64,000 nt of DNA from Rhizomicrobium sp. (GCA_037200985.1 JBBCGJ010000001.1:718756-782755), one strand, 5' to 3'; counted from the first letter of the stretch, positions 9,456 through 19,422 are shown. Numbers and translations: made by a program. The notes: generated by a model not told the origin, from the letters alone.

Positions 9456-10421
9456 CTATTGCGGGAACGTCTCGCCGACCATCTCCTCGCTTTTCGCCCA
9501 GAGCGCCTTCGCGTGCTCGGGATCGAGCGCATAGGCCCTTACGCCGGCGCGCAATTCCGCGCCTTCCATGACCTCGGCGACATGGCAGTCCTCGCAGAAC
9601 TTCCCGCCGACCAGGCCCGCCGGCGCGACGAAGCCGCTCCACACCGATGTGGCCGCGCCTTGCGGAATCGTCTTCCATTTGAACCCGGGTGCACCGGCGG
9701 GCGTGTTCTCATTGATGGATTTGATCAGGGCATCCCGGACTTCATCCGTCATATAGCGCCCGAGTTCGGTCTGGATGCCGCCGGGATGCACCGCCGCGGC
9801 GCGCACGCCCCGGGCCTTGTGCCGCCGGTCGAACTCCACCGCGAACAGGACATTGGCCGTCTTGGACCGGCCATAGGCGCCGAACTCGGTATAGGGCGTG
9901 TGCTCGAAATTCGGGTCTTCGAGATCGACATCGGCGAACCGGTGCCCCGACGACGACAGATTGACCAGGCGTCCCCCGTCCTTGATGAGCGACGCGATCC
10001 GGTTGACCAGCACGAAATGCCCCAGGTGATTGGTCCCGAACTGCGTCTCGAAACCGTCGGCCGTCTGGCCCTTGGGGCAGGCCATGACGCCGGCATTCGC
10101 GATGACGACGTCGAACGGTTTGCCGGCGGCCACCAGCGCGTCGGCGCATTTGCGCACGCTCGCGAGCGACGCCAGGTCGAGCTCGACGAGTTCCAGACCG
10201 CCGCCCTTGGCGGCCTGCGTGCGGACAGCCTCCGTCGCTTTGCGCGCCTTGTCCAGATTGCGCGCCGCGCCGACGACCTGGGCGCCATGCGCCGCCAGCG
10301 TGCGGGCGGTCTCCACGCCAAGGCCGGCGGACACGCCGGTCACCAATACGCGCATGCCCGTGAGGTCCACGCCGGAGAGCACCTCGTCGGTCGTGGATTC
10401 CGCTCCGAATTGCGCTGCCAT
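9456..10421 (-). CDS. SDR family oxidoreductase
   Basis: ATG at 10421, 321 aa. VTGVSAGLG Rossmann motif, NAG, catalytic YGRSK. Confidence 0.9.
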   Translation of the reverse strand: MAAQFGAESTTDEVLSGVDLTGMRVLVTGVSAGLGVETARTLAAHGAQVVGAARNLDKARKATEAVRTQAAKGGGLELVELDLASLASVRKCADALVAAGKPFDVVIANAGVMACPKGQTADGFETQFGTNHLGHFVLVNRIASLIKDGGRLVNLSSSGHRFADVDLEDPNFEHTPYTEFGAYGRSKTANVLFAVEFDRRHKARGVRAAAVHPGGIQTELGRYMTDEVRDALIKSINENTPAGAPGFKWKTIPQGAATSVWSGFVAPAGLVGGKFCEDCHVAEVMEGAELRAGVRAYALDPEHAKALWAKSEEMVGETFPQ

Positions 10422-10497
10422 GGTTGTTCCTCGTCTGCGATGCTCGAAAAGAAAAGCGGCCGCCCGGACGGCGGCCGCCCCGGGACAACGCCGGCGC

Positions 10498-11901
10498 TTA
10501 TGCCGACGCGTTGATGACCTGCAATTGGGTGAACTCGGCCAGGCCTTCCTCGCCCATTTCGACTCCGAGTCCCGATTGCTTGGCGCCGCCGAACGGGATG
10601 TGGGGCGCCAGATCGATGTGCTTGTTAATCCACACCGTGCCGGCGTCCATCCGCTCGGCGAGCGCATGCGCGCGGTCCATGTTCGACGACCAGATGGAGC
10701 CGCCCAGGCCGTAGGGCGAGGCATTGGCCCGCGCCAGGGCGTCTTCCGGATCGGCGTATTTGATCACGGGCAGGACCGGGCCGAACTGCTCCTCGTCCAC
10801 CAGCCGCGTTCCGTCGGTGATGTCGCGCACGATGGTGGGGCGGACGAAGAAGCCCTTCTCGGGCGTCGCGCCGCCGCCGGCGATCACGGTGCCGTGCTTG
10901 CGCGCGTCTTCCAGGATCTCCTTCACCTTTTCGAACTGCATGCGGTTTTGCAGCGGCCCGAGCTTGGTACCCTGTTCGAGGCCGTCGCCGATCACCGTGG
11001 CGTCGGCGATGGCCGCGAGCTCGTCGCACATCTCGTCGTAGATCGACTCATGAACATAGAGCCGCTTCATCGCGATGCAGACCTGGCCGCTGTTCTGGAA
11101 TGCGCCGTCGAAGATTTTCTGCGCCGCGGTCTTGGGATCGACGTCGTCGAGCACGATGCCGGCGTCGTTGCCGCCCAGTTCCAGCGTGATGCGCTTGAGC
11201 GTCGAGGCGGCGCCCTCCATCACCTTCCGGCCGGTCGCGGTCGAGCCGGTGAAGGAGATCTTGCGCACGTCGGGATGCTTGGTCAGTTCGCCGCCCAGGT
11301 CGTTGGCGTCGGTGACGATGTTCAGCACGCCGGGCGGAACGACGTCTTTGAGCAGCTCGCCGAGCTTCAGCGCGGTCAAGGGCGTGGTTGGCGCCGGTTT
11401 CAGAACGATCGTATTGCCCGCCAGGAGCGCCGCCGGCATCTTCAGGCCGATCAGGATCAGGGGGAAATTCCACGGCACGATCGCGCCGATGACGCCGAGC
11501 GGCTTGCGCCGCAATTCGACCTTGCGGCCCGCGCTCTCCTCGATGACCTTGGTGGGCAGGTCGAGCGAGGTGAAATAGCGGCAGAACGCGGCCAGGCCAT
11601 AGGCTTCGCCGATGGCATCGCCCAAGGGCTTGCCCTGTTCCTGGGTCAGGAGCCGGCCCAGCTCGGCGGCGTTCTTCTCCACGACGTCGGCGATGGCGTT
11701 CAGCACTTGCTTGCGCTCGTCGAGCGTCTTGCGGCTCCACGCCGGGAAGGCCGCCTTCGCCGCCGCGACGGCCTTGTCGAGCTGCGCCTTCGAGCCGCGC
11801 GGGCACTCGGAAAGGACCTCTTCGGTCGCCGGATTGATCACGTCCATCACGGCGTCGCCGTCTTCCAGCTTGCCGTCGATCAGTAGTTTGTAAGTGCCCA
11901 T
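10498..11901 (-). CDS. NAD(P)-dependent aldehyde dehydrogenase
   Basis: ATG at 11901 with a GGAAGAGGA RBS. FTGSTATGRKV, catalytic Glu in LELGGND, catalytic Cys in GQVCIAMKR. Confidence 0.9.
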   Translation of the reverse strand: MGTYKLLIDGKLEDGDAVMDVINPATEEVLSECPRGSKAQLDKAVAAAKAAFPAWSRKTLDERKQVLNAIADVVEKNAAELGRLLTQEQGKPLGDAIGEAYGLAAFCRYFTSLDLPTKVIEESAGRKVELRRKPLGVIGAIVPWNFPLILIGLKMPAALLAGNTIVLKPAPTTPLTALKLGELLKDVVPPGVLNIVTDANDLGGELTKHPDVRKISFTGSTATGRKVMEGAASTLKRITLELGGNDAGIVLDDVDPKTAAQKIFDGAFQNSGQVCIAMKRLYVHESIYDEMCDELAAIADATVIGDGLEQGTKLGPLQNRMQFEKVKEILEDARKHGTVIAGGGATPEKGFFVRPTIVRDITDGTRLVDEEQFGPVLPVIKYADPEDALARANASPYGLGGSIWSSNMDRAHALAERMDAGTVWINKHIDLAPHIPFGGAKQSGLGVEMGEEGLAEFTQLQVINASA

Positions 11902-12016
11902 CCGCGTGTCCTCTTCCCGGTTTTTTTGCATTGCCTGACCGGAAATCCGTCCGGTCCGAACATGATATTTGCACGAATATCACGCTCCTGCGAAGCCAAT
12001 TCGGCTGCCGCGCCGA

Positions 12017-13768
12017 TCAGCCGAAGGTGAATGAAAACGCCTGAACGCCCGGGTCCAGAAACTCGATCGCGAAGGTCCGGTCGGCAATCGCGCCGTTCTG
12101 GCGAACCAGTTGATAGAGCCGCTGGCCGGTTATGGTCCCCAAACCCTTGTCGTCCGTGTCCGCGCCATGCGATGCGCCCGGCGGCGCGCCGTCCACCGTC
12201 ACCCGGAACCGCACCGGTTTGCCGTCCGGTCCGGGACCCACCACCAGATGCAGGTCGCGGGCGTGGAAGCGGAAGACGATCTTTCCCGGCGCGCGGTCGA
12301 GCGAGGCGTGCTCGCCGGCGATGGTCCAGATCCCGACCAGGCCCCATTGGTTGAGCTGAAGCGTGCTCGGCACGGAATAGGATTGCGGCGCATCGAACAG
12401 CGGTGTGCCGGACGCGAAATTCTCCGCCCGCGCGTAGCCGAGATAGGTCTCCGGCGATTGCAGGTCGGCATTGTCGGCGGCGGCCAGCGCGCCGGCGGCC
12501 TGCGGGTTGACGATGCCCGTCGGCACGCCGCGGTAACCCGCGTCTTTCAGCAATTCCTGGATGACCCGCTCGGACTGGTCGTACTCGCCTTCGCCGAAAT
12601 GGTGGAAGCGGATGCGGCCCTGCGCATCGATGAAATAGTGCGCCGGCCAGTACTGGTTGTTGAAGGCCTGCCAGATCTTCAGATCGTTATCGACGGCGAC
12701 GGGATAGGTTATCCCGAGATCGCGGACCGCACGCCGGACATTGTCGAGATCCTTCTCGAACGCGAACTCCGGCGCGTGCACACCGATCACGACCAGGCCG
12801 TGATCCTTGTACCTGGCCGCCCAGGCCCGGATATAGGGCAGAGACCGCAGACAGTTGATGCAGGAATAGGTCCAGAAATCCACCAGCACGACCTTGCCGC
12901 GCAGCTGCGCGGGCGTGAGCGGCGGCGAGTTGAGCCATGTCGTCGCGCCGGCGAGCGACGGGAAGGTGCCTTCGCTCGGCCGGTTGCTTCCGGCGACAGC
13001 GTCGGTCTTTGCGGCGCGCGTCGGAAGCGTTCCCGCCACCAGCGTCTGTTCGAGCCCCGCCGTGCTGGCGAGCGACAGTCGCGTCAGAAGGCCAGTGTCG
13101 AGGCCAAGCGCGATGGCGACCACGCCGAGAAGCACCGCGACGCCAAGCCCGCGCCTTATCCACTCGCCGGCGCCCAGCGATTTCTTCATGAACGCGAAGA
13201 CGCGGCCGCCGACCAACAGCGCGGCCGCGAGCGAGGTCGCGGCGCCCGCCGCGTAAGCGAAGAGCAGCAGCGTCGTGCTGGCGCTCGCGCCCTTGATGGC
13301 GGCGCCGGTCAGGATCAGGCCGAGAATAGGCCCGGCGCACGGCGCCCAGAGCAATCCGGTGGCGACGCCCAACAGAAGCGAGCCGCCGATATGGCCGTCC
13401 TTGTCGCCGGCGCCGCCGGTTCTCTGGCTGAGCCGGTCGCCGAGCGCCACGAGCGGGCGCGTCAGCCGTTCGGCCAGCGAATCCGACAGCAGCGTCAACC
13501 CGAAAAACGCCAGCAGGACCAGCGCCGCGATCCGGCCGTACTGGTTCGCATGAATGGCCCAACTGCCGCCCAGTGTCGCCAGCGTCGCGATGGCGGCGAA
13601 GGTCAGCGCCATGCCCAGCAGCAGCGGCAATCCCGAACGCAGGAAGGGCTGGTCGGCGCGCGCGAAAACGAACGGCAGGACCGGCAGGATGCACGGGCTG
13701 ACGATGGTGAGCACGCCGCCCAGATAGGACAGCAGGAGCAAAATCACGGGTGGCCCTCCCTCTCGCAC
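12017..13768 (-). CDS. DipZ-like thiol:disulfide interchange protein (CcdA/DsbD membrane domain + thioredoxin-like domain)
   Basis: VSPCILPVLPF in the membrane domain and WTYSCINC (CxxC) in the thioredoxin-like domain. A GTG at 13747 with a GGAGGG RBS is an equally plausible start. Confidence 0.85.
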   Translation of the reverse strand: MREGGPPVILLLLSYLGGVLTIVSPCILPVLPFVFARADQPFLRSGLPLLLGMALTFAAIATLATLGGSWAIHANQYGRIAALVLLAFFGLTLLSDSLAERLTRPLVALGDRLSQRTGGAGDKDGHIGGSLLLGVATGLLWAPCAGPILGLILTGAAIKGASASTTLLLFAYAAGAATSLAAALLVGGRVFAFMKKSLGAGEWIRRGLGVAVLLGVVAIALGLDTGLLTRLSLASTAGLEQTLVAGTLPTRAAKTDAVAGSNRPSEGTFPSLAGATTWLNSPPLTPAQLRGKVVLVDFWTYSCINCLRSLPYIRAWAARYKDHGLVVIGVHAPEFAFEKDLDNVRRAVRDLGITYPVAVDNDLKIWQAFNNQYWPAHYFIDAQGRIRFHHFGEGEYDQSERVIQELLKDAGYRGVPTGIVNPQAAGALAAADNADLQSPETYLGYARAENFASGTPLFDAPQSYSVPSTLQLNQWGLVGIWTIAGEHASLDRAPGKIVFRFHARDLHLVVGPGPDGKPVRFRVTVDGAPPGASHGADTDDKGLGTITGQRLYQLVRQNGAIADRTFAIEFLDPGVQAFSFTFG

Positions 13769-13864
13769 CGCGCCGTCGCAAGGTTGGGGCGGCCCGACAG
13801 CATTATGTCCGGCAGTATATCACGACAGGAGCGGCGTCGCTCCGGCCGCCGATTCCGCGTCGCG

Positions 13865-15493
13865 TCAGAACAGCGCCGCCGCCTTGGCGAGGGCGATATA
13901 GAGCCCGATCAGGAACGGAATTCCCACTGCCAGCCAGGCCAGGATGCCGAGCCCGCCGAAGGGGCCGCGCGCCGCCGTGACGGCGTCGGCCGTCACGCGG
14001 TCCTCGTGCTGCAGCGAGCGCTCATGCGCGAGCTGTTCGTCGGTCATGTAGTTCTTCTCGGCGACCGGCCGCACGAACAGATTGCAGAGCAGGCCGACGA
14101 GCAGAAGGCCCGCCATGATGTAGAGCGTCCCGTCATAGACCAGGGTCTTGGCGACGCCATGCGCAAGCTGCGTGTCGCGCAGCCCCGCGATCAGCGCCGG
14201 CCCCGCGACGCCCGCCACCGACCAGGCGGTGATCAGCCGGCCATGGATCGCGCCTACCATCTGGGTGCCGAAGATGTCGGCGAGATAGGCGGGCAGGGTG
14301 GCGAAGCCGCCGCCATACATCGTGATGATGATGCAGACCGAGGCGACGAACGCCGCCGCGAGGCCCATATGGCCCCAGGTCGGCAGGAGGCAGTAGAGAA
14401 CGATGCCGAGCGTGAAGAACACGAAATAGGTGTTCTTGCGGCCGAGAAAATCCGACAGCGACGCCCAGAACAGCCGGCCGAGGCTGTTGAACAGGCTGAT
14501 CAGCCCGACCAGTCCCGCCGCCGCCGCGACGATCGCGGCCTTCTGCGCATCGGTGAGCGCGGCGTGCGCGTCGAGGCCGAGCAGCTTGCCGCCGAACACG
14601 TCCTGCAGCATCGGGCTTGCCATCGAGATCACCGCGATGCCGGCCGTGACGTTCATGCACAACACGCCCCAGATCAGCCAGAATTGCGGCGTCTTCCACG
14701 CCACGTTCAGATGGACATGGCGGCCGGTGATCATGCCGCCTTTCGAGGCCGCGGGCTGGGTCCAGCCGGCGGGCTTCCAGCCGACCGGCGCGACGCGGAA
14801 GCCGAAGGCGCCGAGCGCCATGGCGGCGAAATAGACCGCGCCCAGCACCATCAGCGTGGTCGACACGCCGGACGTGCCGTCGCCCGCGAAGCGCGCCATC
14901 AGCCAGACGGCGAGCGGCGAGCCGATCATCGCGCCGCCGCCATAGCCCATGATGGCGAAGCCCGTCGCCATGCCGCGGCGGTCGGGAAACCATTTGATCA
15001 GGGTCGAGACCGGCGTGATGTAGCCCAGTCCCTGCCCGATGCCGCCGATGAAGCCGCAGCCGAGATAGACCAGCCAGAGCTGGTGGATCATCACGCCATA
15101 GCCGCCCAGGATCAGCCCGCCGCCCCAGCACAGCGCGGCGTAGAGCCCGGCCCGTCGCGGACCGGCGCGCTCCAGCCAGCCGCCCCAGATCGCCGCCGAG
15201 ATGCCGAGCATGGCGATGAAGGTCTCGAAGATGTGCGTGACGTCGGCGACCGACCAGTTGCAGTTGCGCGCGGTCAGTTCGGCCAGGAAGCCGGATGAGC
15301 AGATGGCCGCGCCCGGCAGCATCTTGCTCATCGGCAGCCAGAACACGCTGAAGCCATAGGCCATGCCGATGCACAGATGGATGGCGAGCGCCGCGGGCGG
15401 CACCAGCCAGCGATTGAAGGCGGGACCGGCGATGGTGCGCTCGCGCGCGAGAAAGCTTGAGCCGCCCGTGCCGGAAAAGGTTGCGCTGGTCAT
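13865..15493 (-). CDS. MFS transporter, oxalate/formate antiporter (OFA) family
   Basis: ATG at 15493 with a GGAGA RBS, 542 aa, multi-TM. N-terminus NRWLVPPAALAIHLCIGMAYGFSVFWLP is typical of the OFA family. Confidence 0.85.
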   Translation of the reverse strand: MTSATFSGTGGSSFLARERTIAGPAFNRWLVPPAALAIHLCIGMAYGFSVFWLPMSKMLPGAAICSSGFLAELTARNCNWSVADVTHIFETFIAMLGISAAIWGGWLERAGPRRAGLYAALCWGGGLILGGYGVMIHQLWLVYLGCGFIGGIGQGLGYITPVSTLIKWFPDRRGMATGFAIMGYGGGAMIGSPLAVWLMARFAGDGTSGVSTTLMVLGAVYFAAMALGAFGFRVAPVGWKPAGWTQPAASKGGMITGRHVHLNVAWKTPQFWLIWGVLCMNVTAGIAVISMASPMLQDVFGGKLLGLDAHAALTDAQKAAIVAAAAGLVGLISLFNSLGRLFWASLSDFLGRKNTYFVFFTLGIVLYCLLPTWGHMGLAAAFVASVCIIITMYGGGFATLPAYLADIFGTQMVGAIHGRLITAWSVAGVAGPALIAGLRDTQLAHGVAKTLVYDGTLYIMAGLLLVGLLCNLFVRPVAEKNYMTDEQLAHERSLQHEDRVTADAVTAARGPFGGLGILAWLAVGIPFLIGLYIALAKAAALF

Positions 15494-15507
15494 GAGGTCT
15501 CCGGATT

Positions 15508-16017
15508 TTATGGGAGTGGATAGGGTCGATGCGAAAGGATGCGGTGATAGACGAAGGCGCCGGCGACGATCAGCACCGCGCCCGCGAGCACCGGCGACAG
15601 CAGGAAGGTCCATCCCGCCTTGGCCATGATCGCGACGATGGGATCGGCGCCGGCCGGTGGATGCAGCGTCCCGGTCAATTCCATGAGCGCGATGGAAAGC
15701 CCGACCGCGAGCCCCAAACTCCACGGCGCGGCGCCGAGCAGCGCGTAAACCGACAGGCCGACCGCGGCGGACACCAGATGCCCGCCGATCACATTGCGCG
15801 GCTGCGCCAGGGGGCTGTGCGGCAGCGCGAACACCAGCACGCAGCTCGCGCCGAACGGCGCGATGAGAAGCAGGCTGTGCAGGCTGGCGGTCGCCTGCGC
15901 GAGCAGGAAGATCACGACGAACCCGCCGAGGCCGGAGATCGCCGCGAAGCCGAGCTTGCGCGCGAGCGACGGCAGTGGTTCCGGCCCCAGCTTCGATGCG
16001 TCGTCCTGTGTGGACAT
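15508..16017 (-). CDS. HPP family membrane protein
   Basis: 169 aa, four hydrophobic segments. Motifs PFGASCVLVF and TLHPPAGA. Confidence 0.8.
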   Translation of the reverse strand: MSTQDDASKLGPEPLPSLARKLGFAAISGLGGFVVIFLLAQATASLHSLLLIAPFGASCVLVFALPHSPLAQPRNVIGGHLVSAAVGLSVYALLGAAPWSLGLAVGLSIALMELTGTLHPPAGADPIVAIMAKAGWTFLLSPVLAGAVLIVAGAFVYHRILSHRPYPLP

Positions 16018-16028
16018 TCGGAGATTCC

Positions 16029-16061
16029 AAAAAACGAAGGGCCGGCCCGCGCCGGCCCTTC
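16029..16061 (-). terminator. Rho-independent terminator downstream of the fdh gene
   Basis: On the minus strand, GAAGGGCCGGC-GCGG-GCCGGCCCTTC (11-bp perfect stem) is followed by GTTTTTTGG. It starts 10 nt after the fdh stop. Confidence 0.8.
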
Positions 16062-16071
16062 GCCCGTGTTC

Positions 16072-17271
16072 TTAGCGTTTGAACTTGGCCGCTTCTTCGG
16101 AGCCCTTGGTGGCGTTGCCTTCGCTGTAGGAATGCGCGCCGGTGCCCGCGAGCTTGCCGCCCTGCACGATCAGATATTCGTCGCGGATCGGCCGCCCCTC
16201 GAAGAAGCATTCCAGGATTTCGCGCGTGCCCGCCGCATAGCGCGTCTGCGCCGACAGCGAGGTGCCCGAGATATGCGGCGTCATGCCGTGATGCGGCATG
16301 GTCCGCCAGGGATGGTCCTTCGGCGCGGGCTGCGGGAACCAGACGTCGCCCGCATAGCCGGCGAGCTGGCCGCTCTCCAGCGCGCGCACGATGGCGTCGC
16401 GGTCGCAGATCTTGCCGCGCGCCGTGTTCACCAGATAGGCGCCGCGCTTCATCTTCGACAGCAGCTTGTCGTTGAACAGGCCCTCAGTCTCGGGATGCAG
16501 CGGCGCGTTGATGGTGACGACGTCGCACACCTTCACCATGTCCTCGACATTGGGATGCCAGGTGAGGTTCAACTCCTTCTCGACCGCCTCGGGCAAGCGA
16601 TGACGGTCGTAATAGTGCAGATGCATGTCGAAGGGCTTGAGCCGCTTCAGCACGGCGAGGCCGATGCGCCCGGCGGCCACGGTGCCGACATGCATGCCTT
16701 CGACGTCATAGGAGCGCGCCACGCAGTCGGCGATGTTCCAGCCGCCCTTCACCACCCACCGATAGGAGGGGATGTAGTTGCGCACCAGCCCCAGGATCAT
16801 CATCACGACGTGCTCGGACACGCTGATCGAGTTGCAATAGGTGACTTCGACGACCGAGATGCCGCGCTCGCTCGCCGCCTTGAGGTCGACATGGTCGGAC
16901 CCGATGCCGGCGGTGATCGCGAGCTTCAGGTTCTTGGCCTTGGCGATGCGCTCGGCGGTGAGATAGGCCGGCCAGAAGGGCTGCGAGATCACGATGTCGG
17001 CATCGACCAGCTCGCGCTCGAACACCGAGTCCGGGCCATCCTTGTCGGAGGTCACGACGAATTTGTGGCCGTGGGATTCGAGATATTTGCGCAAGCCCAG
17101 CTCGCCCGACACGCTGCCGAGCAGCGTGCCCGGCTTGAAGTCGATCGCTTCCGGCGTCGGCAGCGTCTGCCCGCCCGGATAGAAGTCTATCTTCGGCAGA
17201 TCGTCCCGCGCATAGGATTTGGGATAGCCCGTGACCGGATCGTCATAGAGAACGCAAACAACTTTCGCCAT
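16072..17271 (-). CDS. fdh: NAD-dependent formate dehydrogenase (metal-free, D-2-hydroxyacid dehydrogenase family)
   Basis: ATG at 17271, 399 aa. MAKVVCVLYDDPVTGYPKSYARDDLPKI..., GSVSGELGLRKYLE and Rossmann VAAGRIGLAV are collinear with Pseudomonas sp. 101-type FDH. Confidence 0.9.
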   Translation of the reverse strand: MAKVVCVLYDDPVTGYPKSYARDDLPKIDFYPGGQTLPTPEAIDFKPGTLLGSVSGELGLRKYLESHGHKFVVTSDKDGPDSVFERELVDADIVISQPFWPAYLTAERIAKAKNLKLAITAGIGSDHVDLKAASERGISVVEVTYCNSISVSEHVVMMILGLVRNYIPSYRWVVKGGWNIADCVARSYDVEGMHVGTVAAGRIGLAVLKRLKPFDMHLHYYDRHRLPEAVEKELNLTWHPNVEDMVKVCDVVTINAPLHPETEGLFNDKLLSKMKRGAYLVNTARGKICDRDAIVRALESGQLAGYAGDVWFPQPAPKDHPWRTMPHHGMTPHISGTSLSAQTRYAAGTREILECFFEGRPIRDEYLIVQGGKLAGTGAHSYSEGNATKGSEEAAKFKR

Positions 17272-17484
17272 TTGGATATTCCTCGTGCTTCGAATTTTGC
17301 GGAAGAGGAACGCCCATGGCGGTCGCATGGATTGTGGTCGAAATGTCGCGCACTGGATCGTTTCCTCGTTCGAAGGAAGCGTGCGCTTGGCGCGCCTTCG
17401 TCTCGCATCGAACGGCGCGATACTTGTCCCGCTTGCATCGCGGTATCCAATGAAAGCTTTGGAACGCCTGATAGGCGATTCCGA

Positions 17485-18399
17485 TCAAGCCTCTCGCGGT
17501 TGCGAAAAGGTGAAACCGAGATCGCCTTCCAGCACCGACGCCAGCAGCGCGTTCGACATCGGCGATGGCGGCTCGCGATTGGAAAGCACGAGTCCGATGG
17601 ATTGCGTGTGCACCGGCTCGACGAGATCGACCGCGACGAGATCGCGCATGCCGCCGAACATGTAGGAGAAGGTATGCGGCACGATGCTCGACCATTCGCC
17701 GTGCTGCAGATGCGAGTAGATGCCCAGAAAGGAATTGCTCACGATCGGTGGGGATATTGCCACGCCGATCGACGCGAGAAGATTGGTGATGATGCGCCGG
17801 TTCTGCATGTCCTCGCTGAGGAGACAGAGCTTTTCCCCGGCGGCCTCCGTCCAGGTGACGGTGCGGCGCGCCGCCAGCGGATGCTCGCGCCGCGTCACGA
17901 ACACATAGTGTTCACGATAGAGCGGAATGCGGCGCACATTCTCCAGCGGCTCGTTCTCCAGATAGGTGATGCCGCCGTCGAGCTCGAACGCGTCCAGCCC
18001 GCGCTGGATGGCGCGCGAGTTCAGCGACTGGATTTCGACATCCGCCGCCGGATGGTCCTTGCAGAACCGCGCCGTCAGGAACGACACCGAAGGCATCGCC
18101 GCCGGAATGACGCCGAGCCTGAGCGTGCCGACCATCCCCTTGCGCAGCCGCGAAAGGTCTTCGCGCAGGCTGTTGTAGTCGGTCAGGATCTGCCGGCCCC
18201 AGGCGAGCACGCGCTCGCCTTCGGGCGTCAACCCGACGAAGTGATGATTGCGGATCACGAGGCGGGCCTCGAGATCCTCTTCCAGCTTGCGGATGGCGGC
18301 GGACAGCGTCGGCTGCGCCACATTGCTGGCCTCGGCGGCGCGCGCGAAGTGACGCTCCCGCGCCAGGGTCACGAAATAGGCAAGGTGGCGGACAAGCAT
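17485..18399 (-). CDS. LysR family transcriptional regulator
   Basis: N-terminal HTH LRHLAYFVTLARERHFARAAEASNVAQPTLSAAIRKLE plus a substrate-binding domain. Confidence 0.9.
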   Translation of the reverse strand: MLVRHLAYFVTLARERHFARAAEASNVAQPTLSAAIRKLEEDLEARLVIRNHHFVGLTPEGERVLAWGRQILTDYNSLREDLSRLRKGMVGTLRLGVIPAAMPSVSFLTARFCKDHPAADVEIQSLNSRAIQRGLDAFELDGGITYLENEPLENVRRIPLYREHYVFVTRREHPLAARRTVTWTEAAGEKLCLLSEDMQNRRIITNLLASIGVAISPPIVSNSFLGIYSHLQHGEWSSIVPHTFSYMFGGMRDLVAVDLVEPVHTQSIGLVLSNREPPSPMSNALLASVLEGDLGFTFSQPREA

Positions 18400-18422
18400 G
18401 GCTGCCGCTTATAGCAGGGTTT

Positions 18423-19322
18423 TCATGCCGGGCGGGCGGCCTTGGCCATGTCGATGAAGGCGCGCAAGGCGGCCGACACGCGCCGCTGCCGCGGATAGTA
18501 CAGCGTGAATCCCGGAAAACGCGGGCACCAATCTTCGAGCACACGGACGAGCCGGCCGTCGGCGAGGGCATTTTCCACGACGTCCTCGAACACGAAGGCG
18601 AGGCAATGGCCGCTCAACGCCACGCCGACCATCAGGTCCTGGTCGCCGAGCGCCACGCGCCCCTTCACTGCCATCTCGATCTTGGCGTTGCCCTTCTCGA
18701 ATTCCCAGCGATAGAAGCGCCCGCTGGCGAAGCGATGGCGGATGCAGTCGTGTTCGAGCAGATCGTCGGGATGCGTCGGCGCGGGATGCCGCGCGAAATA
18801 GTTTGGCGCCCCGACCACGACCAGGCGCAGAGGCGCGCCGATATGCACGGCCACCATGTCCTCCGGCACCTGTTCCTCGAAACGGATGCCGGCATCGAAG
18901 CCGCGTCCCACGATGTCGACCAGGCCGTCGTCGTTCACGATCTCCAGATGCATGTCCGGATAGGCCGCGAGGAACTTCGGGATGAGGGGCGCCAGGAGAA
19001 GATGCGCCGCGACACGCGAGGCGTTGATCCGGAGCGTTCCGGTCGGCGTGTCGCGGAAGCCGTTCATCTCGTCCAGCGCATCGCCGACATCGCGTAGCGC
19101 CGGGGTGAGCCGCTCGAGCAGGCGCCGGCCGGCCTCGGTCAGCGCCACGCTGCGCGTGGTGCGGTTGAACAGGCTGACGCCCAGCCGCTCCTCCAGCCCG
19201 CGGATCGCGTGGCTGACGGCCGATGTCGACAGGCCGGTTTCGGCGCCCGCGCGTTGAAAGCTCGTGGTGCGCGCGACGGCGGCGAAAACCGTGAGATGGG
19301 CGAGGGTCGGCTGAACGCTCAT
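18423..19322 (-). CDS. LysR family transcriptional regulator
   Basis: HTH LAHLTVFAAVARTTSFQRAGAETGLSTSAVSHAIRGLE. Divergent from the ADH/AKR operon. Confidence 0.9.
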   Translation of the reverse strand: MSVQPTLAHLTVFAAVARTTSFQRAGAETGLSTSAVSHAIRGLEERLGVSLFNRTTRSVALTEAGRRLLERLTPALRDVGDALDEMNGFRDTPTGTLRINASRVAAHLLLAPLIPKFLAAYPDMHLEIVNDDGLVDIVGRGFDAGIRFEEQVPEDMVAVHIGAPLRLVVVGAPNYFARHPAPTHPDDLLEHDCIRHRFASGRFYRWEFEKGNAKIEMAVKGRVALGDQDLMVGVALSGHCLAFVFEDVVENALADGRLVRVLEDWCPRFPGFTLYYPRQRRVSAALRAFIDMAKAARPA

Positions 19323-19324
19323 TC

Positions 19325-19339
19325 TTGAGCGTTATTCAA
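19325..19339. promoter_or_regulatory. Candidate LysR-type T-N11-A box (TTGAGCGTTATTCAA)
   Basis: TTGA-N7-TCAA dyad in the 100-bp divergent region between the LysR gene (start 19322) and the ADH gene (start 19423). Confidence 0.3.
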
Positions 19340-19422
19340 CAACTCGTGCAAAAACTCAACGTTGCTGCGGCGCACACCCGTCCCTATTTTCCGACCAGGC
19401 TAATCAAATCCGAGGCAATCCC

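Noticed and set aside
9278-9532. 85-aa upstream extension of the radical SAM ORF, and 20-aa extension of the methyltransferase ORF (to 7509).
   Set aside because: The extensions are Arg-rich, cross the AT-rich intergenic region or overlap the upstream gene. Internal ATGs at 9277 (GGAGGG RBS) and 7449 give compact operon spacing.
9329-9571. Plus-strand ORFs starting in the radical SAM/SDR intergenic region (9329-9571 and 9336-10514).
   Set aside because: They run antisense through the well-supported SDR gene and have shadow-ORF composition.
11940-11965. GACCGGA-AATCCG-TCCGGTC hairpin between aldH and the DipZ-like gene, considered as a terminator.
   Set aside because: The stem is short, and an A-run rather than a U-tract follows on the transcribed strand. 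Too weak to call.
12110-15298. Very long ORFs antisense to or overlapping recognised genes. Examples: 12110-15298 (1062 aa), 42483-46106 (1207 aa), 15529-18414 (961 aa), 24756-27527 (923 aa), 30244-32523 (759 aa), 6878-8971 (697 aa), 45910-47862, 19384-21309, 27538-29397 and 10030-11886.
   Set aside because: Their translations are Arg/Ala/Gly/Pro-rich low-complexity strings with no motifs. Each lies opposite a gene with clear family signatures. Open antisense frames are expected in high-GC DNA because stop codons are rare.
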